Notes under the pieces: model-generated
What the model was told of the DNA's origin: nothing
Databases searched by the model: none
Seen by the model: the letters and a program-made list of their open reading frames with translations, nothing else
Translations under genes and position numbers: made by a program
Source: Candidatus Micrarchaeota archaeon
Lineage (GTDB): Archaea > Micrarchaeota > Micrarchaeia > Anstonellales > Bilamarchaeaceae
NCBI GenBank assembly: GCA_043827025.1
Contig: JBDRPL010000006.1
Coordinates: forward strand, 1 to 64,000
Direction: 5' to 3'
Length of the DNA stretch: 64,000 bases
Shown: one piece after another, positions 26,382 through 36,988 of the stretch
Numbering within the stretch: position 1 is the first letter of the stretch
Layout of the letters: every line of letters starts with the position of its first letter

Positions 26382-28196
26382 TCACTTCTGTTCCTTTGAA
26401 TACTTATCAGGACTGTAATACTCATAGTCCTCTTCCCTTATTACTATCCGCTTTTCTCCCTTGAATTTAGCCTTTTTCAACTTCTTGATCTCTTCCACAA
26501 TCTCTTCTGCGAAGATTGGCCTTCCATCGTATCTTAAGATACAAAAGCCAGGCTCCCAGCCAGTTTCTTCCTTTAATACTCCTGCGAACTGCGCATTGTG
26601 GTTATTCTCAATCATCACTGTTACTTTTGATTTTGAAAGCAAGGCAAGGATTTTTTTCTGATCCAGGGGGCATACATAAGTAAATACTATTGCATTTGCC
26701 TTTATGCCTTCTTTTTCAAGCAACCCCAATGAGTCAAGCACGGGGAGTTTATGCGATCCCCACGTCACCAATGTTATTTCAGCATCCTTTGCCCCATAAA
26801 CCTTTGGCAATGGAATATCTTTCAACAAGTCCTTTATTTTTTTGTCATTTCTTTTCTCGACCATCTTTGACCTTGTCATGAAGTCTTCAGTAGTCTCTCC
26901 TGTTTCACCATGCTCATATGAGCTTGCAACATGCATTCCATTTGGCTCGCCAGGGAATGACCTTGGCGAAATCCCATTATCTGTGAACATATATCGTTTG
27001 AATCTCTTGCCAGCCTCAAGCTGTGGCAAACCATTTGCAATCTTTCCCCTTTCTATTTTGACATTAGTTTGGTCTATGTCTGCTGAGAATTGGCTTTCTG
27101 CAAGGAATTTATCAGATAAGAGAATCACTGGAATCTGGTATTTTTCTGCAAGGTTGAAGCACTCTGCAGTAAGGTAGAATGATTCTTCAACATCTCCCGG
27201 TGCAATCACAACCCTAAGGAAGCTTCCCTGGGATGAGTGGAGTGCAAACCTCAGGTCTGCCTGTTCTGTCCAGGTTGGCAGTCCTGTGCTTGGTCCGCCT
27301 CTTTGTGAAAGATAAACTACCAGTGGTGTTTCTGCAATCGCTGACATGCCTATGGTTTCAGTCATCAGTGCAAATCCCCCTCCAGAGGTCCCTGTCATGG
27401 CCCTTACTCCTGCATAGGCTGCACCTATTGCATAATTGACAGCAGATATTTCATCTTCGGTATGTTTCACAAAGATATCTGCCTTTCTTTCATTTACTGC
27501 AAGATAATGAAGGACATTGGACGCAGGCGTCATTGGATAGGCAGCATAGATTTTCATACCCGCCTTTATTGCTCCAAGTGCAATTGCTTCGTTTCCTGCG
27601 AGAAACATCTTCCTGTTTTTTGAAATTGGCTTGACATCTTTCACGAGTTCATGCTTTGTCGCATTTATGAAATCAAGGCCTGCCTTTGCAACATCCAGGT
27701 TCTTTTTGACGATTTCATCACCTTTTCTTGAGAATTCATCTGTAAGAACCTGTTTGAGCATTTCAAAAGGATAGTCAACAAGTCCAAGTGTTGCGCCCAT
27801 TGCAATGACATTTTTCATCATTGGCTCTGCACCCAAATCAGTTATTATTTTTGTGAATGGAATTGCATAGAGTTTGACATCCTTTCGTACATCAAGGCCT
27901 GCCAAATCAATGTTTGCATCATAAATCAATGCCCCATTTTTATTTATCTTGTCTTTATGGAAAAGCACTGCATCCTTGTTCAGTGCAACAACTATATCCA
28001 CTGTCTTTCTTGGGCAATATATCTGTTTGTCTGAAACGTCGATTTGATATACGTTATGCCCTCCTCTGATAAGCGAAGGGTATTCAGGATAACCTACTAC
28101 ATTCAGGCCGCCTCTTGTGAAGAGCTTGCCCATCGTCCTTCCAGTGACAAACACACCGTCTCCGGCAGTTGCACCTATTTTCCATGTGAATTCCAT
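26382..28196 (-). CDS. 2-oxoacid:ferredoxin oxidoreductase alpha (gamma-alpha fused) subunit
   Basis: YPSLIRGGH, YPMTPAS, EDEI, TSGGGF, QRGGPSTGLPT. Confidence 0.95.
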   Translation of the reverse strand: MEFTWKIGATAGDGVFVTGRTMGKLFTRGGLNVVGYPEYPSLIRGGHNVYQIDVSDKQIYCPRKTVDIVVALNKDAVLFHKDKINKNGALIYDANIDLAGLDVRKDVKLYAIPFTKIITDLGAEPMMKNVIAMGATLGLVDYPFEMLKQVLTDEFSRKGDEIVKKNLDVAKAGLDFINATKHELVKDVKPISKNRKMFLAGNEAIALGAIKAGMKIYAAYPMTPASNVLHYLAVNERKADIFVKHTEDEISAVNYAIGAAYAGVRAMTGTSGGGFALMTETIGMSAIAETPLVVYLSQRGGPSTGLPTWTEQADLRFALHSSQGSFLRVVIAPGDVEESFYLTAECFNLAEKYQIPVILLSDKFLAESQFSADIDQTNVKIERGKIANGLPQLEAGKRFKRYMFTDNGISPRSFPGEPNGMHVASSYEHGETGETTEDFMTRSKMVEKRNDKKIKDLLKDIPLPKVYGAKDAEITLVTWGSHKLPVLDSLGLLEKEGIKANAIVFTYVCPLDQKKILALLSKSKVTVMIENNHNAQFAGVLKEETGWEPGFCILRYDGRPIFAEEIVEEIKKLKKAKFKGEKRIVIREEDYEYYSPDKYSKEQK

Positions 28197-28329
28197 TTCA
28201 TGACCTCGATAATATGTAATAACCTGTATCTTGTGCCTTAATCAAGGTTCTAGAATTAGCAACTAAGCATTTAAAAACTATCTAAGAGGCATTCGACGTT
28301 AGACGAACATTCCTTATTTCTCTATAAAA

Positions 28330-29538
28330 TTACCAATAGTTTGCTGTTTCTATGTATTTTTCGATCCAGTCGGCAACTGATTTCCCTTTACTGCTCCTAA
28401 GCCTTTTAACTTCTTTGATTGCCCATATCACATCTGCAGTATCTTTTCCATCTCTTAAAATGTCCAGGCATTTTTTGCCAAGCTCCCATAGCTTTACTCT
28501 AAGTCCGGGTATGCTGTTGATTGTTTCAAGTAGAAGCACTATCTGTGGAATATTGAGTTTTGCATTCATCAGTTCTTTTTCTGCAGATGCTCTTTTATAC
28601 GGGTCTGCCAATTGGTCTTGTAGTATAAGGAAGGCGTCATGAGTTATCCTTTCTGCCTCTGGTTTTTTTTCAGTAGGTTCTGCCTGAGCCTGCTCTGCCA
28701 TATTTGAATTGCTGGATTGCAACATTGCCAGCACCTTATCAATAAATCTTCTTTCCAGAGGTGGGGGGGTTGAAGTCAAATGATATCTCAATACGTCACA
28801 TACGGCCTCTGCAGTTTCTTTATCAATTGGTTTTCCATTAATTGTTGCAATTCTTTGTGAAGGGATAATCAGAACCTTATTCATATCTTTAGGGTCTCCA
28901 ATTGTTATTATTGCTTCAAAAGGACTCAAAACCCCTTCCAGGTCCAAACCTTCAAGCCTTACACTTCCTTTTGATGCTTCTTTGACTCCTCTTTCTATTT
29001 GCTGCATAAGCCTTCTATTTTTTCCATTGAGAAAAGCAATTTCTTGGTTAAGATCACCAACTTTAGGACATTGTTCTCCAAGACATTCTTTTTCAGTTGT
29101 TTTAGGATATCCATTTTTCAGTAGAAATTTTGCTATCCTTGCCTCTAAAAATCTTATTGTACGTTTTGCTAAACCACTTACATATGAGCTTTGGTGGTAG
29201 CGGATCCTGTCATTGTTTAGGAATCTTAGCCCAGTTATTAGCTCCTGGATTTCTGCGTCCCTTGGTTCTTCGTCTTTGCTATGTACGATCACACGTCCCT
29301 TGCATGGTTCAACGCTGGAATCATATGATTCTAATTCTAAGACTCTTTTTTCATGAATTTGTATGGATGTTGTTGTTGTACGGTTATCCCACCAAATTTC
29401 CCCCATTTTACGTGCAGGAAGCGTATCTGGAGGTAATTTTGCATTTGATCCAGGAGTTAAGCTGGTACTGGTTGTCTTGGGGGAAGTTGGCCCAAGTCCT
29501 TGTTTTGCTGGAAGTGCTTTTTGTTGTTGCGATGCCAT
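28330..29538 (-). CDS. Hypothetical protein (orphan, low-complexity N-terminus)
   Basis: 402-aa ORF with no recognised motif. Confidence 0.6.
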   Translation of the reverse strand: MASQQQKALPAKQGLGPTSPKTTSTSLTPGSNAKLPPDTLPARKMGEIWWDNRTTTTSIQIHEKRVLELESYDSSVEPCKGRVIVHSKDEEPRDAEIQELITGLRFLNNDRIRYHQSSYVSGLAKRTIRFLEARIAKFLLKNGYPKTTEKECLGEQCPKVGDLNQEIAFLNGKNRRLMQQIERGVKEASKGSVRLEGLDLEGVLSPFEAIITIGDPKDMNKVLIIPSQRIATINGKPIDKETAEAVCDVLRYHLTSTPPPLERRFIDKVLAMLQSSNSNMAEQAQAEPTEKKPEAERITHDAFLILQDQLADPYKRASAEKELMNAKLNIPQIVLLLETINSIPGLRVKLWELGKKCLDILRDGKDTADVIWAIKEVKRLRSSKGKSVADWIEKYIETANYW

Positions 29539-29600
29539 ATTAACACTAATATATAATCATAACCACAATGTTTTTAAAGACTTTCGTGCTGAGGTTAAGT

Positions 29601-30974
29601 ATGTGCGCACGAGTCATTAGCTTGGCTGACCGCCTTCATGCAAGGGCCAGCAGAGGCCAAAGGGCGCCGCTTGACAGGTCTGATTTTCTTCATCGTGTCG
29701 TTTTAGATGAATACTCTGCATTTCAACCCTGTGATCATCCTCAGAGGCTTATGCCTGTTCATGCATTTGAACCTGGAAATGCAAGACAGGTGGTTTCAAG
29801 ACTTTCCAATCTTCCAGAGGGTCTGCCAAATGTTTTTACCGGTGGGCAAAGCATACAGAGGTTTAGCGGGGAAGTCAGAAGCCTGGCAGCCAGGAACCGT
29901 TCTGATTTCCTGACTGAGTTGGCCGAACTTTATCGTGTTGGTGAAGTAAGTTCTCCATTTATAATCTCGTCAACTACTGATGTTCTTAATTTTAGGTTCC
30001 AGATGGAGCTTAATGGAATACAAAATGCAGAAGAGCTTGTAACTACAAGAAGGCGTCCTTTTGACGGCTCGATACTAACAAGTCCTGTGGAATTGGCAAT
30101 AATTGCTTGTGCTGTTGCACGGATGGCGAATTATGATGCGTTTCTTGCAAAACTCGATGTTGGTTACATACGATATGCTTTTGATGGCACTGAGCCGCAT
30201 TACATGTTCCACGTTCAACCAGTGCTTGGGGTTTGTTTCATAGACCATGAGGGCATTGTTCAAACTTATCTTCCGGCAATTCCACGAATTGAGATGGATC
30301 AAGTAACTCCTGTTTTTGATGACGGTGGGGAGTTTCAAGGGTTTCAGGAAAAAATAACACAATATTCAGATTTCATAAGCCCACATACTCATTTGCCTGT
30401 TGGGGCATTTGAAATACTCTCTGATTGCGCAGCATTTGCAATTGCAAACATCTCGCAGTCAGACCTTAACAAGTTCCTTCTCACTGTTGATCTTGAGAGG
30501 TCTGGAGGTATCAGGCATCCTGTCTTTAACAGGCAAGGCATGCCTTTCGAAACGATGCTGCAGAGATTCAGGGACGAAGTCATGAAACCGTTGAAAGACA
30601 GCCTTTATCTCCTGCCTGAATTCGATTCACTTCAGGAAACTTTGGTTTCTCATCTTAATGAGGTCATGAGTGCATATTTCCATCGCTTTACTGTTACAAG
30701 GACTTCCGAGTTGTTGAAACTGCTTTTCGAAACAGTTCGTGTTGGATTCGAGGCAATGGAACAACCTGCTGCCCTTTCTGAGACTGTAAAACAGATGCAC
30801 ACTACTATTCGTATTAATACCCTGCAACGTGGAAGGCCTCGGGATTTCATTCTTTTTGATGGCACAATCAGGAATGCTTTAAGCGAACATTTCCCGGAAT
30901 ATGATACTGGCAAATACATGAAGGAGATGCTTGGTGTTGAGATTCAAAAACCTGATTTTCATATCGTGAGGTAG
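29601..30974 (+). CDS. Hypothetical protein, possible degenerate transglutaminase-like core
   Basis: TATA (TTTTTAAA) about 22 nt upstream of ATG 29601; SPVELAIIACAVARMANYDAFL segment. Confidence 0.55.
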   Translation: MCARVISLADRLHARASRGQRAPLDRSDFLHRVVLDEYSAFQPCDHPQRLMPVHAFEPGNARQVVSRLSNLPEGLPNVFTGGQSIQRFSGEVRSLAARNRSDFLTELAELYRVGEVSSPFIISSTTDVLNFRFQMELNGIQNAEELVTTRRRPFDGSILTSPVELAIIACAVARMANYDAFLAKLDVGYIRYAFDGTEPHYMFHVQPVLGVCFIDHEGIVQTYLPAIPRIEMDQVTPVFDDGGEFQGFQEKITQYSDFISPHTHLPVGAFEILSDCAAFAIANISQSDLNKFLLTVDLERSGGIRHPVFNRQGMPFETMLQRFRDEVMKPLKDSLYLLPEFDSLQETLVSHLNEVMSAYFHRFTVTRTSELLKLLFETVRVGFEAMEQPAALSETVKQMHTTIRINTLQRGRPRDFILFDGTIRNALSEHFPEYDTGKYMKEMLGVEIQKPDFHIVR

Positions 30975-30981
30975 ATTCATC

Positions 30982-31923
30982 ATGTATTCTCCCCAATTAC
31001 ACGTTCCAACAGTTTTCGATTTAAGATTGCGAATGTTCGGAGTAACTCTTGCATGTAATCATGGTTGCAGCAAATGCCTTACGGATGCAAAGCCGAATGG
31101 CGAACAGATGCCTTTTGAATTGATTTCAAGGATTCTCGATTCAGGCATGAAACTTTACGACCATGGCATTTCATTGAGTTTTGGAGAACCACTTCTTTAC
31201 CTGCAAGGTGAAAAAGACCTTGGAGATGTTGTCAAATTGTTCGCACTCAGGACGCATCACATTGGAATTCTCACAGGAGGTATATGTTTTGATGCTGATT
31301 CTAGCATGGAAAATGCTCTTAGAAAACTCGAAAGATTCAAGCATAAACTTTCATTTACTGTAAGTTTTGACTTTATTGAGAAGAATGAATGGTATGCCTG
31401 TCTTCTTGCCAACAAGACAATCCAAATTCTTCTTGGACATGGGTTCAAGGTTGAACATCTGCAGTCCTGCTATGTGCAGGGAGACCAGAATATGAAAGCA
31501 AGGACAAAGTTTCTTACAGAGCAGTTGATTATTGATAATAGATTACGCGGATCATGCGATTATCTTCTTTCCGAAGCTTCAGCAATAGGCAGGGCAAGAA
31601 ATGTTTCTGGAGTTCGTGAAAAATCGCTTCAGGAACATAACGATGATGATTGCGATGCAATGGGTATCTGTCAGTTGGATACTGAAAGAAAACTAGGAGT
31701 TTTGCCTAATGGGGACCTTACGCCCTGTGTGACTAACTTTGCCTCTAATATCCTGCCTTTTGGCAATATTCAAAAGGATTCCCCAGCTCAGCTTCAAATT
31801 AAATACAAGGAATACGTAGCAGAGCTTCAGAAGCTCAGAAGAGAAGGCGATCCAAACAGAAAGCTTTGTTATCTGCACATGGAACGAGATATGAAGGCAA
31901 AATCAATACGCAGGCACTGCTAA
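30982..31923 (+). CDS. Radical SAM protein with a Twitch/SPASM-like C-terminal domain
   Basis: CNHGCSKC, SFGEPLL, C...VLPNGDLTPC...FGNI...LCYLH. Confidence 0.85.
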   Translation: MYSPQLHVPTVFDLRLRMFGVTLACNHGCSKCLTDAKPNGEQMPFELISRILDSGMKLYDHGISLSFGEPLLYLQGEKDLGDVVKLFALRTHHIGILTGGICFDADSSMENALRKLERFKHKLSFTVSFDFIEKNEWYACLLANKTIQILLGHGFKVEHLQSCYVQGDQNMKARTKFLTEQLIIDNRLRGSCDYLLSEASAIGRARNVSGVREKSLQEHNDDDCDAMGICQLDTERKLGVLPNGDLTPCVTNFASNILPFGNIQKDSPAQLQIKYKEYVAELQKLRREGDPNRKLCYLHMERDMKAKSIRRHC

Positions 31924-32996
31924 TCTAGAAACTCATCCCATATCTTAGTTACAATCAGTTTTTTGCATTCTGCCTTGCATCCAAGCAGTGATGAGAAGTT
32001 CGGTTTCGTTTTATTCCCGTCGCCAGAGATCAATTCTTTTATGTAGGTTCCAGCCTCTGCAGTAATATAAATATCGAACATATTTCGATTCTGATTTTCA
32101 ACCTTCAAATCAATTATTTTTCTTTTTCGAATCTTATCTGCTCTTCTATGGGCAACCCTTGTCGGAGTTCTTTGGCCAATCACAGTTCCAACAAGCTCAA
32201 TTATCTTCTTTTCATCCTCTTCTGTAAATTCGCGGTCAAGTTCTACGGTTGCAAGATACTGCTTGTTGAAATGCGAATTGGAAACTAATTCAACACATCC
32301 ACGGTCAACGAATCGCAGGTCGGAAATCTCCACCCCATTCACAATTTCTTTCCTTATTCTTCCAAGATCGAGTTTGTGCATCTTAGGACCTTTCATCTCC
32401 AATACGAATGCCCTTCCTGCAATATTGGTGACATCGACATCTTCACGGCCAGATGCATGCATATAATATTCACCACAATTCGAATGCTTCTTGAACACTT
32501 CACCGACTATCTCTTCTATAGAAACATAATTCTTCCCAGTATCACTGCAATCATTGCATCCTTTTCCATTGCATCTCTTGCAGAACCACCTGCTTTGGGA
32601 GATGCCAGGAATCAGTTTCCTGTATCTTCCGAAAACGAACAAAGGCTCTATTTCCCTAGATGTTTCCATCTTCTTGAAGTCAAAAATATATTTGTTAATC
32701 GCATTGATTGAATAGTCAGCGCCAGTCTCTTTTATTATATGCGATATTATCTTCCTGTTTAGATAATTTTTCATGCTTTCTGAAAGATGCCTGTCCCATA
32801 CTTTCTCTTCGTTGATGAGCCATTTCTTTGGAATGTAGGTTGAAATTGAAAATAAGTCTCCTTTACCAAGTTTTATATCTGCCTTTCGTACAAACTCTTC
32901 GAATTTGTCTAGCGCATTTCCACAGATGCAGCAGTCTCCACTCTCAAACCTGTTTCCATTTGCAGAATTGCATGTTTTGCACAATCTCATCTTCAA
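31920..32996 (-). CDS. pus10: tRNA pseudouridine(54/55) synthase Pus10
   Basis: GRYRKL..GISQ, HASGREDVD, QRTPTRVAHRRAD, GTYIKELISGD. Confidence 0.95.
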   Translation of the reverse strand: MKMRLCKTCNSANGNRFESGDCCICGNALDKFEEFVRKADIKLGKGDLFSISTYIPKKWLINEEKVWDRHLSESMKNYLNRKIISHIIKETGADYSINAINKYIFDFKKMETSREIEPLFVFGRYRKLIPGISQSRWFCKRCNGKGCNDCSDTGKNYVSIEEIVGEVFKKHSNCGEYYMHASGREDVDVTNIAGRAFVLEMKGPKMHKLDLGRIRKEIVNGVEISDLRFVDRGCVELVSNSHFNKQYLATVELDREFTEEDEKKIIELVGTVIGQRTPTRVAHRRADKIRKRKIIDLKVENQNRNMFDIYITAEAGTYIKELISGDGNKTKPNFSSLLGCKAECKKLIVTKIWDEFLD

Positions 32997-33005
32997 CCAT
33001 CAAAA

Positions 33006-33350
33006 TTATAATCCAATATCCTTACGAGGCTCTGAAGGAAGGTCATTCTTGATTCTATATCCTTCGAGAATAAGCGAAGCTCTTTTCACCTTTGGTTCCC
33101 TTGCACCTAATTTTTTATTTCTCATTTTTTGTAAATATATCCCGAAATCAGCAAGCGTCTGCGATCCGTTTTCCACAAGTTGCCGCATGATGTCCACGAC
33201 AAGCCCTTTCCCTTCAACATCATTTCCCCAAACAGTGAGTGCAAGTGAAACCTGGTTTATGAAATGTGTTTTATCAGTTTCGCTCATGCGTTTCCATATC
33301 TCTGCGATTCTTGTTTTTACCTCAGGATCAACATTTTCGAAAATATCCAT
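33006..33350 (-). CDS. Hypothetical helical protein
   Basis: 114-aa ORF in an operon with pus10. Confidence 0.65.
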   Translation of the reverse strand: MDIFENVDPEVKTRIAEIWKRMSETDKTHFINQVSLALTVWGNDVEGKGLVVDIMRQLVENGSQTLADFGIYLQKMRNKKLGAREPKVKRASLILEGYRIKNDLPSEPRKDIGL

Positions 33351-33665
33351 TTACACCACCCATTTTACTTTCCCTTGTTCAAGTGCATCCACCAGTTTCG
33401 CAACATCTTTGATAACTTCCTGTGGGATCTCCAGCTTCTTCCCTTCAATTTCTACAGCAACAGGGACAGCGCCCATGAGATTTTTCTTAGGTTGTTGTTG
33501 AAGAGCTATCTTTTCATAATCTCTAAGTTGTTCATCAAGTGTTTGTTTCGGGTTTCTGGCACCGCCTTTGGTTGCTACTGCTTCAGTTATGAGGTCAGCT
33601 ATTTCTCTGAGGATGTTCTTTTCAGTTTTCTTCTTTTCTTCCAGTTTCTGCTGAGGCGCCACCAT
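33351..33665 (-). CDS. Hypothetical protein
   Basis: 104-aa ORF abutting the next gene; upstream TTTTAAG TATA. Confidence 0.6.
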   Translation of the reverse strand: MVAPQQKLEEKKKTEKNILREIADLITEAVATKGGARNPKQTLDEQLRDYEKIALQQQPKKNLMGAVPVAVEIEGKKLEIPQEVIKDVAKLVDALEQGKVKWVV

Positions 33666-33732
33666 AAAACTTCACATTAGTCTATTGCTTGAAAATCTTA
33701 AAAGGGTATGCAATGGTGCAGCGATAAATATT

Positions 33733-36108
33733 TCAGAAAAACGACTCAAGCCCCTTCTGCTTTCCACCGACTTTCAGATCTGTCTCGTCAAATCCCAATT
33801 CCTTCAATATCTTCATAACTGCAGGAAGCAATTGGTTGTTTATATAATAATCCACATCGTAGTCTTTTGCAAACTCTAATGGTTCTGCCTTTTCAGATAT
33901 CGTCTTACCTTTCTTAGTTACGACGTATCTTATTATGCTGCCCTTGGTTATGTCAACACCACGTTCAATTGCTTTCAAAGCTGCTGAAATCTCAGGGCTT
34001 TTTATCTCGTATTTAGACGGGGGTTTGCTGATCTGGGTGCTGATTGCAAGTTCCTCAAGATTTACCTTGCCTTCCTTCAGTCGTTTGATCGTATTTTGCA
34101 CGATCTCAACTGCCTTTTCCTTGCTTCCGTCTTTCAATATAGCTTCAAGCACTTTCCTTTGTGTGTTGCGTGCTATACCTGACCAATCCCTTCTTACAAG
34201 TTCAAATCCACGTATCTTTATCCTTCCATCCTCACTTATCAAAGCATATTTCTTCTTTGCCCCGACATCTTTTCCAGCCACTTTCTTTGTGACAAAAACT
34301 CCTCGCGGATAGAATGCTTCTAACTCCAATTCCATTCTTTCAGGAAGCTTTTTGTTCACCTTTTCCATGAATTCAAGGACTTCGTTCTTGTGTTTGTAAA
34401 TCAAAAACACAGAATCCGTGTCGCTATAAAGGACTTCCATCCCTTTTTTCCCAGCTTCTGCTATTGTATTCTGTATGTGCTCTCTTCCCCATGCAGTTGT
34501 GCTTGCACCACACTTCCTCGAATACCATCTTGCGCGCGGGTAGACGCTGAATCCATAGAAGCTATTTGCAAGTATTTTCAAGGAGAATTGTCTTGCGTTC
34601 AATCTTTTGTATTCTTCAGAATCCTTACTAAGCGATTTCAGCTGTTTCTTTATTTTGCTCCTTGCCTCAATGACATCTTCAAGCACCATTGGGATTATTC
34701 CTTTTGGTTTTTTCATGAACCTGGTGCCGTCTGGGGCAACATGCACATCATTTGTTTCAGAATCAGCAACAGTCTCGGGACTTATATTATAGGATGTTAT
34801 TATGGATGGGTACAATCCCCTGAAGTCAAGCACTGCGATGTTTTCATATATCCCTGGCTTTGGTAGTTTTACATATGCTCCTTGTATTGGGTTGCCCATT
34901 CTTTCCTGGATTTCAGATCCTCTGGGTTTCGGAGGAATCACAAACTCATGCTTTGCAGCATTGAACATCAATAGCTGTTCTACTAACTGGCCGCTGGTAG
35001 ATATGCTAACTTCGAAAAGAGGCATCTTTGTAATAATGCTGAGCTCTTTTAATATTGGCAGGAATTCTTTTCCAAGCACGTCTGTAGCATCAGCATCCAT
35101 TAGGGAATAATCAGCCAGTTCATCTATTTCGTTGCTGTCCCATATTTCCCAGATATTGAGTCTCTGGACCATCTTCTTTCCTTTTCCAGTTATTGATGCG
35201 TACACTGCTTCAAGAGTGTATTGATTTGTTTTTATCAGGCCTATGAATCCGAAGAACCTTGCTGGTGGATACAAGTCGATATGTATCCTTCCATTCAGCT
35301 TCACACCATTTATCATGCCCTTGCTTATGCTTTTTATCTTTCCTGGCCACCTTCCGAATTGGAGATTCGTTCTTAGAATTTCTGATCTTTTTTCCAGGTA
35401 CGGAAAATCGAAATTTGTTGAATTGTAGCCAAGCAGGACATCCGGATCCTCTTCTTTTAGCACTTTTCCGAATTCTTCAAGTGCTTCCTTTTCATTCTTT
35501 TTTGTTTTCACGAATTTGCGATCTGATCTCTTGTAAGTGGCAACGCCCCTTGTCTTTCCATGCCAACTTATCATTATTACAGGATCTATCTCTTCTCTAG
35601 GTGCGCCTTTTGGATTGTAGGTTTCTATGTCGAATGCAAGTGTTTTCAATGACATCTCTGTTTCTTCCTGGGATCTTATCTTCTTTATGAATTTCCCATC
35701 GACTTCGTATTTAATAATTGAGAAAGGCGTCAACCCAAAATCAAGCATGAATCTTTTTGCAAATGGGATTGCGTATTCATAACACGTGAATGGCATGGCT
35801 GCTTTCAATACTGGGACGAACGCAGGCTCCCTGCAATATATTTTCAGAAATTTCTTTTTTTCCATTCCAAGTATCTTGGTTACCTGCTCTACCCTTTCCA
35901 CTGATGCAACCTCTCCGGTTTTGAGTGTTGCCTTGACTTTCAGAACAAGGTCTTTCTTTTCAATTGGCGCATCTGCATAAAAATATGGCAAGTATTTGTA
36001 GTATCTTCTGCACGGCCTTTTCCCTTTCAAATAAAGACGTACGTATGTTTCATTGTCCTTGACAATATAATCTGCATCTATGAAATAAGCCTTCTTTAGC
36101 ATAACCAT
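33733..36108 (-). CDS. polB: Family B DNA polymerase
   Basis: FDIET, YNSTNFDFPYL, DFRGLYPSII, KILANSFYG, YSDTDS, KKKYA. Confidence 0.97.
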   Translation of the reverse strand: MVMLKKAYFIDADYIVKDNETYVRLYLKGKRPCRRYYKYLPYFYADAPIEKKDLVLKVKATLKTGEVASVERVEQVTKILGMEKKKFLKIYCREPAFVPVLKAAMPFTCYEYAIPFAKRFMLDFGLTPFSIIKYEVDGKFIKKIRSQEETEMSLKTLAFDIETYNPKGAPREEIDPVIMISWHGKTRGVATYKRSDRKFVKTKKNEKEALEEFGKVLKEEDPDVLLGYNSTNFDFPYLEKRSEILRTNLQFGRWPGKIKSISKGMINGVKLNGRIHIDLYPPARFFGFIGLIKTNQYTLEAVYASITGKGKKMVQRLNIWEIWDSNEIDELADYSLMDADATDVLGKEFLPILKELSIITKMPLFEVSISTSGQLVEQLLMFNAAKHEFVIPPKPRGSEIQERMGNPIQGAYVKLPKPGIYENIAVLDFRGLYPSIITSYNISPETVADSETNDVHVAPDGTRFMKKPKGIIPMVLEDVIEARSKIKKQLKSLSKDSEEYKRLNARQFSLKILANSFYGFSVYPRARWYSRKCGASTTAWGREHIQNTIAEAGKKGMEVLYSDTDSVFLIYKHKNEVLEFMEKVNKKLPERMELELEAFYPRGVFVTKKVAGKDVGAKKKYALISEDGRIKIRGFELVRRDWSGIARNTQRKVLEAILKDGSKEKAVEIVQNTIKRLKEGKVNLEELAISTQISKPPSKYEIKSPEISAALKAIERGVDITKGSIIRYVVTKKGKTISEKAEPLEFAKDYDVDYYINNQLLPAVMKILKELGFDETDLKVGGKQKGLESFF

Positions 36109-36172
36109 ATATCACAGGCTGTTATTTTAAAGAATACGAAAAAGAAGAATTATAAAAGAAAAAAATTTATAT

Positions 36173-36904
36173 TTATCTCTTCAAAGCGACTTCCTTGTCT
36201 GTCAATTCAGTAAGGACGTCATCGTGGATGAATCTCCTTCCACCAACCTTTACGTGTGGGATTCTTCCTCTATCGAGCCTTCTTTCGAATGCGTTTCTCT
36301 TTATTCTGATTCCTTTTTTATGCATCTCTTTTACAGCTTCGCTTACAGAATAATAATTCTGGCTGATATGTGTCAATGCCTCGACTGCGTTTCTTGGAAT
36401 CAATCTTCGCGTTCCGAACTTTACAGAAGGTACGCTTCCTTTTTCTATTCTTCCTATAAATGCCCTGAAGTTTATCTTACCATTCGTCTTTTTGTATTCT
36501 TGGTAAGCTTCCCTAACCGTGTAAAAGTCCTTCTTCGTATTTAATATGTCGTCGAGAACTGATCTCGGTATGAATCTTTTCCTACCTACCTTTACGAATG
36601 GTATTGTGCCACGCTCTATCCTTCCGCCGAATGCCCTGAATGAAATGTAAAGTCCATTTCCTTTCAGATAATCATATGCGCTTCTCACGGAATAGATGCT
36701 GTGCCTTGATTCAAGATCGTCTTCATTCACTCTCTGTTTGTAGAGATTTTGTGCTGCTTTGAAGACTGTGGCAACTGATCCGGAAAGTGATTTCTCATCT
36801 CTTTCCCTGATCTTTTTTATATTTTCCACATTCAGCATCTTGTAGTCTTCAACTACCCTATCGTTCGTATCTGTTTCAATTATTATTCTTTTTCCTCTTG
36901 GCAT
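36173..36904 (-). CDS. DNA-binding protein with three tandem excisionase/BldC-like (HTH_17-type) units
   Basis: Three repeats of Y(S/T)V.EA...I...AF..R(I/L)E(R/K)G.(I/V)P.VK.G.RR.I. Confidence 0.8.
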   Translation of the reverse strand: MPRGKRIIIETDTNDRVVEDYKMLNVENIKKIRERDEKSLSGSVATVFKAAQNLYKQRVNEDDLESRHSIYSVRSAYDYLKGNGLYISFRAFGGRIERGTIPFVKVGRKRFIPRSVLDDILNTKKDFYTVREAYQEYKKTNGKINFRAFIGRIEKGSVPSVKFGTRRLIPRNAVEALTHISQNYYSVSEAVKEMHKKGIRIKRNAFERRLDRGRIPHVKVGGRRFIHDDVLTELTDKEVALKR

Positions 36905-36988
36905 GTTCACACCTTCATTTTGTTGTTAAGTATGGTAATACATTATTCCATAGGGTTTATAAATACTACCATCTTTCACTTCGTTTTA

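Noticed and set aside
33733..36108. Intein or inactivated PolB
   Set aside because: Normal length, with exonuclease and polymerase motifs intact
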